64,000 bases of DNA from an uncultured Methanomicrobiaceae archaeon (lineage in GTDB: Archaea > Halobacteriota > Methanomicrobia > Methanomicrobiales > Methanoculleaceae), in the NCBI GenBank assembly GCA_963826525.1, contig CAWGXH010000004.1, forward strand, positions 288,001 to 352,000, written 5' to 3'. The translations under genes were made by a program, and so were the position numbers. Below, in pieces: positions 56,137-64,000 of the stretch. Under the pieces are notes generated by a model that was given only the letters and a program-made list of their open reading frames with translations, did no database searches and was not told the DNA's origin. Within the stretch, counting starts at the first letter, position 1; each line of letters opens with the position of its first letter.

Positions 56137-56243
56137 GACAGTCTCCTCACCGGCGGCAGTATGGCGCCCGGTACTGATAAAGCGCTCCCGATCGGGGGAA
56201 ACGATACAGAGCGTAAACAGGAGAGAGGCAGCGGGAGCCCGCC

Positions 56244-56927
56244 CTACAGGCACGCACGGAGCGGACAGGCGGAGCGGTCTGCACCTCTCCGATAGTAGCG
56301 TTTTGCGTGTTCGACGAGGAGGGCGTGGTACTCCTGGTAAACAGGGAGATCGGGTGCGAGATTCTCTTCAACAAGATCACGGATACGATCGTAATCGGCC
56401 TTCTCTTCGATCAGCCCGAGTGTACCGAAGATCCGCCGGGTATAGGCATCGACCACGAATATCGGGACGTGAAAGGCATAGAGCAGCATCGAGTCCGCCG
56501 TCTCCCGCCCAACCCCGTGAACCGCGAGGAGCTCTTCCCGGGCAGGAGTGGTGCTGCCAAGCGAGAGGAAAAACTCGGCAAACTCCCGTAACTTTCGTGC
56601 TTTCTGATTATAGTATCCCGCCGGTCTGACGGTTGCTTTCAGGGTCGCATCGTCAAGCTCGCTGAGCCGCAGCGGGTCGAGGGCGCCGATGCTGTGGAGG
56701 GAGGAAAGCGCCCGCTCCACGTTCATCCAGTTGGTATTCTGCGTCAGGATTGCCCCGGCACAGACCTCGAAGATCTGCGACCGGGTCTCTGGCAGGTCGT
56801 AACGGAGCGGGTGGTAGCCCCGCCGGCTTCCGGTCTTTGCGGGCTCTCTGCCCCCCTCATAGTCAAGGAGCGGCCACCATCCCTGCGGCCCGTAGCGTCC
56901 GTAGAGTCTCATGATAGATCCGCTCAA
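56244..56927 (-). CDS. HhH-GPD (endonuclease III-related) protein
   Basis: GAILTQNTNW, RPAGYYNQKA, GVGRETADS, FVVDAY. Confidence 0.88.
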   Translation of the reverse strand: MSGSIMRLYGRYGPQGWWPLLDYEGGREPAKTGSRRGYHPLRYDLPETRSQIFEVCAGAILTQNTNWMNVERALSSLHSIGALDPLRLSELDDATLKATVRPAGYYNQKARKLREFAEFFLSLGSTTPAREELLAVHGVGRETADSMLLYAFHVPIFVVDAYTRRIFGTLGLIEEKADYDRIRDLVEENLAPDLPVYQEYHALLVEHAKRYYRRGADRSACPLRACL

Positions 56928-57187
56928 CGCAATGCATGGGTATTGTCACGTACACTCTTCTCCTGCGGTCGAAAAACCTGTCGTTCCGGACGGGTGCCGA
57001 CACGGGTGCCCGTGCCCGGAGCGAACGATCGGGAGCGCCGGGAAAAGGGCTGAAGGAGAGCGTGCAAACTGAGTTGCCTGCTCGCACACCGAACGGATAT
57101 ATATCCCTTGAAGATACATCTGTACGTTTGACGAGCCTGAACGCTTGCACAAAATCTGCGGATCTATACTATCAGGGAGTGGATATC

Positions 57188-57514
57188 CTGACCGAGAACG
57201 AGAGGAAGAAACCCGCTGCCGGGGCAGGGGGAGAAGGGGAAGAGATCATTCGCGTACGGCTCCCGAACAAGCGAAACGGGGAGACGTTCGGAAACGCAGA
57301 GCTGATGCTCGGTGCGAACCACATCAAGGTGCGCTGCTTCGACGGCGTCACGCGAACGGGAAGGATCAAGGGCAAGATCAAAAAGAAAGTCTGGATTCGG
57401 GAAGGAGACGTCCTCATCGTCGTGCCCTGGAGTTTCCAGGACGAAAAGTGCGACATCATCTACCGGTACACCAAACCACAGATCGAGTGGCTCCGTAGAA
57501 ACAGGTATCTCTAA
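57188..57514 (+). CDS. eif1A: Translation initiation factor aIF-1A (start uncertain: CTG 57188 or GTG 57179)
   Basis: RVRLP, MLGANHIKVRCFDG, KKKVWIREGD, DIIYRYT. Confidence 0.93.
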   Translation: MTENERKKPAAGAGGEGEEIIRVRLPNKRNGETFGNAELMLGANHIKVRCFDGVTRTGRIKGKIKKKVWIREGDVLIVVPWSFQDEKCDIIYRYTKPQIEWLRRNRYL

Positions 57515-57613
57515 CGATACACGACCGTTTTTATCATTTCAATTCTTTTTCGGAAGAAACACGGCGACACTGCCCGGGTAGTGCGGCAGGCGCAAGCGAA
57601 AAAAGAGTATCGA

Positions 57614-58378
57614 TTATATATTGTGTATCCGGACGGTATACGACTTAATAATCAGCCGCTCAACATTCTCCAGCGTATACGTGTTCGAGCCAGGTGTGGT
57701 CTCGGTCATTCCCAGGGTTCCCGTCAGGTAATTCTTCCACCCGACAGACAGGTCGTTGTCGGAATCGGGAGTATACCCGATGGTGACGGTCATGCCGGGA
57801 GCCGAGTGGGTCCGTTCCACAGGAGCGGGCACCGGGTCTACAAGGCTCATCTGCACCGTGCTCATCCCGCTTGTCGAGATCGCCTCAGCTGCATCAAACT
57901 CGATCATAAAGATGACCAGCGTCTTCGTCTGCTCGTCGTAGAACCATCGCGGTTCGGCGAGGATAGTCGACCCCTGCTGCCCTTCCTGACGCGTCAGGAC
58001 CGCACCGTTCTCAAGGGTAATCACCTCAGAACCCCGGTCAGAATGGTAGCGAAGTTCCCCGAGGAATATCTCTCCGGTAGAGTAGCCATCCGAGGTGCTG
58101 ATATCGAAGGACGGCGGCGACGGACTCGCATCCGCCACCGAGAGCGTCCCGCCGCTCACCTGCAGCGTCGTCTCCTCGTACGGGACGGTCTTATAGCAGA
58201 GGCTCTTGACATCGTTCTGAAGAACGATCATCCCCCGTTCCATGTTCCGGATATCCGTGTTGGTCTGCTCTTTGAGGAGCACGGGGTATCCGTAGAGCGT
58301 CACCAGGGCGATGCTGCTGACCATCACCCCGAGGATCAGGACAAAACCGATCGCTTCGGAGACCGCTCGATCATTCAT
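57614..58378 (-). CDS. Pilin-like protein (DUF7289-like)
   Basis: Class III-like signal DRA|VSEAIGFVLIL. Confidence 0.75.
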   Translation of the reverse strand: MNDRAVSEAIGFVLILGVMVSSIALVTLYGYPVLLKEQTNTDIRNMERGMIVLQNDVKSLCYKTVPYEETTLQVSGGTLSVADASPSPPSFDISTSDGYSTGEIFLGELRYHSDRGSEVITLENGAVLTRQEGQQGSTILAEPRWFYDEQTKTLVIFMIEFDAAEAISTSGMSTVQMSLVDPVPAPVERTHSAPGMTVTIGYTPDSDNDLSVGWKNYLTGTLGMTETTPGSNTYTLENVERLIIKSYTVRIHNI

Positions 58379-58399
58379 TCCCTTCACAGCACATTCCTC

Positions 58400-58834
58400 C
58401 TAAAACCCTTTCCAGTCATATTCAATGATGTTCCACCCGGCACCGGTCGTATTTCCGGTCACTCTCATCGTCGCCCCGATACCGGCGACCGAGATGCGAC
58501 TCCGGATATCGCCGTTGCTCACCTGGATCTGCTGATCAGCTCCCGTCAGAGCCGCTTCCACCAGGTAATCCCTCCCGGCAACATCGTCAGGGATATCGAA
58601 GCGGGTGGAGATGCTTCCGTTAGTGGGGGCGATAACATACATATCCACAATACGGGTGCTGATGCCGTTGCCGATATCCACGAATGCATGGTACTGCAGA
58701 TTATCGGCCGGCCCTTCCATGAAGACAGCATTGACCGTGAACATGACCACCACCATCAGGACGAGGAGCACGCCCGAGAAGGTCAGGTACTCCATCAGGT
58801 TCGTCACGCCGTCGTCAGAAGTATGCAGTTTCAT
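58400..58834 (-). CDS. Pilin-like protein (DUF7266-like)
   Basis: DDG|VTNLMEYLTFSGVLL hydrophobic N-terminus. Confidence 0.7.
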   Translation of the reverse strand: MKLHTSDDGVTNLMEYLTFSGVLLVLMVVVMFTVNAVFMEGPADNLQYHAFVDIGNGISTRIVDMYVIAPTNGSISTRFDIPDDVAGRDYLVEAALTGADQQIQVSNGDIRSRISVAGIGATMRVTGNTTGAGWNIIEYDWKGF

Positions 58835-59199
58835 CGGTACTCGGTCACCCCGTTGTTGTAGTGTAACTCTATCCGGTAGTGCACCCCGGGGATCGGTTCG
58901 GGGGGAGCCGTCAGGGAGAAATCGACGACGGCATTTTTCCGGGCGAGGGCAAGCGCGATGATATCATTCCTGACATCGGTTTGTGTTCCCGAGGGGAGCG
59001 ATCCCCACACCCCGGCCAGGTCGTCCATCTCGCTGCGCAGGTCGCGGATATCGCTCTTCGGAAACTCAAGGACGCTCTCGGCCGTCGTCTGCCCGACGAG
59101 TGCGGACTGGTTGATGATCAGCGCCAGGAAAAACATCCCGACGGCAACGAGCAACCCCATGAGCACGATCCACTGTCCGTCTTCGTTCAGCCTCGCCAC
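58831..59199 (-). CDS. Pilin-like protein
   Basis: NEDG|QWIVLMGLLVAV. Confidence 0.7.
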   Translation of the reverse strand: MARLNEDGQWIVLMGLLVAVGMFFLALIINQSALVGQTTAESVLEFPKSDIRDLRSEMDDLAGVWGSLPSGTQTDVRNDIIALALARKNAVVDFSLTAPPEPIPGVHYRIELHYNNGVTEYR

Positions 59200-59702
59200 A
59201 CGAGCACCTCCACAAGAACCACAGGATAGGGATCCCTCATTGTGCCCGGTACACCCGCCGCGGTTGGGCGTGCATTCAACTGCACCCACCGGCTTACACG
59301 AACGGCAGACTCTCTCCCGGTTGAAACATCAGACGCCCCGAAGGGGTAGCTCTTGATCTCGTCGGTGGATTGGTCGCAGTAGAAGATGGCTGCACTCATG
59401 TGCAGGTTGTCGTCGGAACCCCCTGCCCGAAGTGTAATGTTATTGAGGAACATCGTCCGAAACCCGGCTCCGTCATTCAAACGGACAGACGAATGCAATG
59501 GACTTTCAGCCCCGTCGGCATCCGGCGTATCCATCATCGCAAGCGCGTCGCTCGCGAGCTGTTCAAGCTGCATATCGGTGATGTGGGTATCGCCCGGCGT
59601 GTAGACGCTCGTCGTGTTCAGGACGAAGTACGCCGTTATGATCATAACGAGCCCCGCCGCGACGGCCTCCATCGTATAGAGTTGTCCAGAATCGTTTACC
59701 AT
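59187..59702 (-). CDS. Pilin-like protein (DUF7288-like)
   Basis: NDSG|QLYTMEAVAAG; ends VEVLVWRG. Confidence 0.72.
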   Translation of the reverse strand: MVNDSGQLYTMEAVAAGLVMIITAYFVLNTTSVYTPGDTHITDMQLEQLASDALAMMDTPDADGAESPLHSSVRLNDGAGFRTMFLNNITLRAGGSDDNLHMSAAIFYCDQSTDEIKSYPFGASDVSTGRESAVRVSRWVQLNARPTAAGVPGTMRDPYPVVLVEVLVWRG

Positions 59703-60711
59703 ACCGCCACCTCCAGGGCGCCCTGAGCGAGCGCAGGTTGGGTCATGTTGTGATAGTCATAGAGGTGTATGCCGCTGAGCCGTGTCTGCGGGGGCGTGTC
59801 GTCGAACGTATAGGTGATGCCAAGGATGCTGTTCTGGTCCAGGGGAAGCGTAGCCAGCCATGCAGGCTCCAGTCGCAGATAGATGGTATCGGCAGCGGCG
59901 ACCGGCGAGTCCGCGGGGTGAGGTTGGCCGAAGTTCCGCCGATGAAGAACTGATACTTCGCGGAGTCTTCAGCCGTGTATTCGGGCAGGTTGAGCGTCAC
60001 GCCGTTCTTTGAGAGGCGCACCTTCTGGAGCGTGGCGTTGAGACTACCCACTGTGAGAGAGGCGGCGAAATTGGTGATCCTGACGATAACCGGCTCCGCT
60101 CTCGGATCGATCCGGTACGCAGGCCCAATCGTCGGGTCGAGCAGTTCGGCGTAGTCCAGCTGCACCGTGAAGGTCTGTGTCGCTGAAGCTGCCGTATGAA
60201 CGGAGCTGTCGACCGTCAGGGTAGCCGGCTCCTTGATCATGACGACACGGCGGATATAGCCGTACCCCTGCGGCCGCTCGGCCCCGACAAACTGCACCGA
60301 GCCGCCCGACCTCATCAGCGAGATATTGAAGGAGTAGGGGTAGTCACCGAAGATGGCCCGGTCGTGGTAGTCGTCCGGGTAGGAGAAAAGGCCGCCATCG
60401 AAGAAAGCATCTACTTTCTCGGATGAGAGGACATTCGGCGTCTCGCGGGATACCGCAAGCCCGATCCGGTCTATCTGATCCGTATCCGCCGCACCGTACT
60501 GCTCCCACGCCGGGTAGAGCGGCCAGCCCGGATCTTCGGCAAGAATGACACCCGTACGGTATGCGACGGCATCATAGTCGATGCCGCTGCTCTGCAGGCC
60601 GACCAGAAGACCGGGAACAAGGCTGACCACGATGATCAGCGCAAGCATGAAGATGGTAAACCCGGCCAGGAAGTCGAGCGACATCGAGCCGTCATCACCG
60701 GTTACGCCGAT
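59696..60711 (-). CDS. Pilin-like protein (DUF7287-like; frameshift near 59915, start uncertain)
   Basis: DDG|SMSLDFLAGFTIF; the shifted frame ends LEVAVW* overlapping the next ATG. Confidence 0.7.
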
Positions 60712-61257
60712 GGTATCACTTCCCCGGTCGCAGCCAGGAACTCCAGCGTCTCAAACTCGGCACCGGAGCGGATTGTCAGCACGTACTCTGCTCCCGTGAG
60801 CGTAAGGTCGCCGACACCGGTTCCGTGCCGCCTGAGTGCATCCTCGATCACCGCCCGGTTCCGGCCATACAGCTCTCCGGGCATCACGACATCATCGAAG
60901 GCAATCTCATCTGCCGGTAGCGGTGCAGATAAGGAGAGTTCCTGCATCCCCTCCCGGCCATAGACGAGCCAGATCGGTATATCCCCCTGACTTACCCCGA
61001 GCACCCAGCTGCGCGCCCGGCCGTCCGATCCGAGATCGATACCCTCAACCCGGTGTACGGCAGTGGCTAAACCGTTGAGCGAGTGATCGGCCTGCCAGGT
61101 ATCGAGCGTCGCAAGTGCCTCATCGAGCCCCACCTTCGGCTCCGGGTGTCCCGGGGTGATCTCAGTAATCCCCCCCTCGACACCCGACGGCGGTGCTACC
61201 GCCGTCTGAAGGTCGGTACACCCTGCGGTACAGCAGACTAATAACGATAATTGCCAT
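60702..61257 (-). CDS. Hypothetical lipoprotein (frameshift near the N-terminus)
   Basis: Hydrophobic MAIIVISLL then AGC lipobox in the shifted frame, continuing into ORF 60702-61133. Confidence 0.55.
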
Positions 61258-61925
61258 GAGAACTGAGATGGCTCCTGGAACGTTCATCTACAGTCAGTTC
61301 ATTGTACAGAAGTAATATAAATAACCAGATCATTGGAGGTTCGCGGATTGAGGCTCGTTGGGGAAAAGAAAGATTATTTACCGATATTTGAGAGCAAATC
61401 GCTAGATCGGTGGTTTTCCCGGTAAACACGAAAGATTCAACACCCCTTCCGGTGTCTACCAACGGGAGCACACCCTGAGCTGAGAGCGGAAGGTCGTAAA
61501 TCATCATAAGCGGTGAGTTGCATCAGGCTCATCCGGATTAATGAGCACTACCCACTCACAAGAAGATCGCCTTGAGGCTTTCCGGCAGGAGGGAATAGAC
61601 CTTTTCCGGGGCTCTTTTCCGCTGCTCGATTACCGGCCCTGCTTTTTTATCCAAATCGAGGTTCCATTCCCGGACACATTTTTCAGCAGGCTCAAGGGCG
61701 CGGGGACCCCGGTTGCCGCCCGGTTTCACGGTCACGTCCCCCCCCGGATCGGCTGTAGCGGTAGGCGGGAGAGTCAGTCTTCCCGGGAAGAAACGGCAGC
61801 GGCACGTCGTGCCATGAGATCTGCCACCAGTCACGGAGAGGTGCGCCCGGAACGACACTCCGGGAACTCCGAGAGATCTCACCCGGGGTGATCTCGCGGC
61901 AGAAAAAAGTAAAGATGGGGAGATG

Positions 61926-63185
61926 TCAGTCAAGAGTGTGAATGACAAGCCCGCTTAAGAGCTTTGGCTCAAACCAGGTCGATTTCGGCGGCATCACCCC
62001 GTCCCTGTCGGCAATGGCAAGGACGGTCTCGATCTTCACCGGCTGCATGGCGACAGCGAAGGCGAACTTACCGGAGTCTACCATCTTTTCAAGCCCGGAG
62101 AGCGGCTTTGCCCCGCCCATATAGTGGAGACGGGAGTCGCCACGCGGATCGCTGATGCCGAGGATAGCATCCATCACGTCGCGCTGCAGGACGCTCACGT
62201 CGAGCGATCCTATCAGGTCCTCGGGAGATGCGACCGGGCGTGCAGACTCGTACCACATCCCGCCCAGGTACATATGCATGACATGCATCGGCACGGCCGC
62301 TGCAGTCTTCGGCGGAATCTGGTAGCCGGAGCCGTCGACCGCACCGTAGGGGGTGATCTTCCACGAGTAGGAGATCTTTTTGAGGAACCCGTCGGGAGTG
62401 TTCCCGCCAAGATCGGTGACGAGGCGGCTGTACCCGTGGATATCGACGCGGTTGTGGGCAAAGAGCACGACCATAAACCGCCCCGCCTCCTCCGTGAACC
62501 GTCCCTCGGCACGCCGCCGTTCCGCCACGTTCACCGCGGATTTTGCACGGTGATGACCATCGGCGATGTAGAGCTCCGAAACGCCGGAGAAGAGTTTTTC
62601 AAGCCGGGCGAGGGAGGCCTCGTCACTGATCCGGTAGATCTGGTGCAGCACACCCTGGTCGGTCGTCATGCTCCCGTCCGGTTCGATATTCGGGATAAGC
62701 GATGCAACGTAGGGGAATATGTCGGCGGTGTCGCGGTATAACAGAAATACAAGACCCGTATTGGCATTGACCGCGTCGATATGCCGGGTGCGGTCTTCCT
62801 CCTTGTCGTACCGCGTCAGTTCGTGCCGCCGGATGCTCCGGTTCTCGTAGTCCCCGGTCGAGACACAGCAGACGAGGCCGATGAACTCCTCGCCCTCCTG
62901 TACGGCCCGATAGACGTACAGCCCCGGCTCCGGGTCACGCACGAAGAGCCCGTCCGCAGTCATCCGGCCGAATATCTCGGCCGCCCGCTGATAGACGCGA
63001 TCGTCGTTCGCTGGAAGATCGGGCAATTCGGCATCGGGTCTGCTTACCCGCAGAAAACTCAGTGGGTTCTTCTCAATACACACCCGTGCCTCTTCTGCCG
63101 TCACAACGTCGTAGGGTACCGACGGGATGCGGGCTGAAAATTCCTGTTCCGGGTGAACTCCTGCAAATCGATAGATCCTTACCAT
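61926..63185 (-). CDS. DUF1015-family (ParB/Srx-like) protein
   Basis: PYDVV, HELT, YIADGHHR, MPPKSTWFEPKL. Confidence 0.9.
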   Translation of the reverse strand: MVRIYRFAGVHPEQEFSARIPSVPYDVVTAEEARVCIEKNPLSFLRVSRPDAELPDLPANDDRVYQRAAEIFGRMTADGLFVRDPEPGLYVYRAVQEGEEFIGLVCCVSTGDYENRSIRRHELTRYDKEEDRTRHIDAVNANTGLVFLLYRDTADIFPYVASLIPNIEPDGSMTTDQGVLHQIYRISDEASLARLEKLFSGVSELYIADGHHRAKSAVNVAERRRAEGRFTEEAGRFMVVLFAHNRVDIHGYSRLVTDLGGNTPDGFLKKISYSWKITPYGAVDGSGYQIPPKTAAAVPMHVMHMYLGGMWYESARPVASPEDLIGSLDVSVLQRDVMDAILGISDPRGDSRLHYMGGAKPLSGLEKMVDSGKFAFAVAMQPVKIETVLAIADRDGVMPPKSTWFEPKLLSGLVIHTLD

Positions 63186-63283
63186 GAAGACCGCCACTCG
63201 TTCTGTGCCTAGTATTTTGTTCTCTGACACTATATTAGATCAGGCATCGAGAGCAGAAAAGGGGGAGAAGAACGCACTTATCC

Positions 63284-63748
63284 ATGCTGCCACATGAACT
63301 CGTCATTCGCAGGGCACAACCTGCCGATATCCCCGAGATAGCAACGATTGAGCGGGAAGCCTTTCCGGATCCATGGGATGAGCGGACACTGCACGAAGCG
63401 CTTGCCATCTATCCGGGGCAGTTTTTCGCCGCGCGGAGGAATGGCCAGGTGCTCGGGTTCATAGCCGGGGGTCTTGAGGATTCCGGCGAGGAACTCTACG
63501 GACATATCATGAATCTTGCCGTCGCTCCTGCCTGCAGAGGCCAGGGCATAGGTGGCCTGCTCGTCAGGAGGCTTGAGCAGCAGTTTGCACTCGAAGGCGC
63601 GGCCGGTGTGCAGCTCGAGGTCAGGGTTTCCAACGCCGGCGCGCAGCATTTTTATCGGCGGCAGGGGTACCAGGAGGTCTTTTCAGTCGCCGGATACTAC
63701 GGAAACGGCGAAGATGCCCTCATCATGATGAAGTGGTTCCGGTTCTAA
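63284..63748 (+). CDS. rimI: RimI/Ard1-type GNAT acetyltransferase
   Basis: HIMNLAV..RGQGIG, LEVRVSN, YYGNGEDA. Confidence 0.88.
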   Translation: MLPHELVIRRAQPADIPEIATIEREAFPDPWDERTLHEALAIYPGQFFAARRNGQVLGFIAGGLEDSGEELYGHIMNLAVAPACRGQGIGGLLVRRLEQQFALEGAAGVQLEVRVSNAGAQHFYRRQGYQEVFSVAGYYGNGEDALIMMKWFRF

Positions 63749-63758
63749 AAGAGGGGAG

Positions 63759-64000
63759 TTAGCCCCGGCCGAGCTCCTGGTGAGCGCGGGCGAGGTGCTG
63801 GGCTGCAAGTGCGCCGAGCAGGGAGAGCTCGCCCGCAAGGATACCTGCCGCCACGATCTCGGCAAAAGCCCGTGCGTGGGTACCTGCCGGATTGCCCCCA
63901 CCATGGACACCCAGGAGCTGTAGGCACTCGCGCTGGGTCGCCAGACCCGTCCCGCCGCCGACGGTGCCGACCGGGAGGGAGGGAAGGGTCACCGCGACGT
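63759..64000 (-). CDS. hmgA: HMG-CoA reductase (class I), 3' end only
   Basis: TLPSLPVGTVGGGTGL...LAGELSLLGAL..HLARAHQELGR. Confidence 0.92.
   Translation of the reverse strand, partial: VAVTLPSLPVGTVGGGTGLATQRECLQLLGVHGGGNPAGTHARAFAEIVAAGILAGELSLLGALAAQHLARAHQELGRG

Noticed and set aside
61541-61948. ORFs on both strands between the pilin cassette and DUF1015
   Set aside because: No recognisable motif or clear start; cannot be supported as genes

Overview
This is a GC-rich archaeal chromosomal segment from a hydrogenotrophic methanogen, most likely Methanomicrobiales (Methanoculleus/Methanolinea/Methanoregula-like; inferred from gene content only). Bases 1-42250 are mostly core genes. They include the atwA-mmp3-6-5-15-17-7 methyl-CoM reductase activation operon followed by a CMD/AhpD gene, R15P isomerase, dapF, radB, larC, cdc48, metE-core, aspS and pdaD. 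They also include a TusA x3-DsrE-IscS-IscU sulfur-relay operon, tandem cofD paralogs, archaeal mevalonate genes (ubiX, ubiD-type, acnX-large), a cluster of HEAT-repeat genes, PolD DP2 with a 165-aa Gln-ending mini-intein, and tRNA-Leu(CAA). About 14 kb of small accessory genes and remnants follow the tRNA, then aIF-1A, five pilin-like genes, DUF1015, rimI and the 3' end of hmgA. More than 20 genes, including conserved housekeeping genes, carry single-base frameshifts, most likely from long-read assembly error. The best candidate for a new system is the sulfur-relay operon, whose IscS appears to lack the PLP-binding lysine and is co-encoded with three divergent TusA carriers and a DsrE. Other leads are a three-way-junction RNA directly upstream of tRNA-Leu, a possible CTG start for aIF-1A, a degenerate RNase III-like protein and a membrane-anchored HEAT-repeat module. 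No CRISPR array, rRNA, integrase or transposase was recognised. All calls were made by eye, without database searches.
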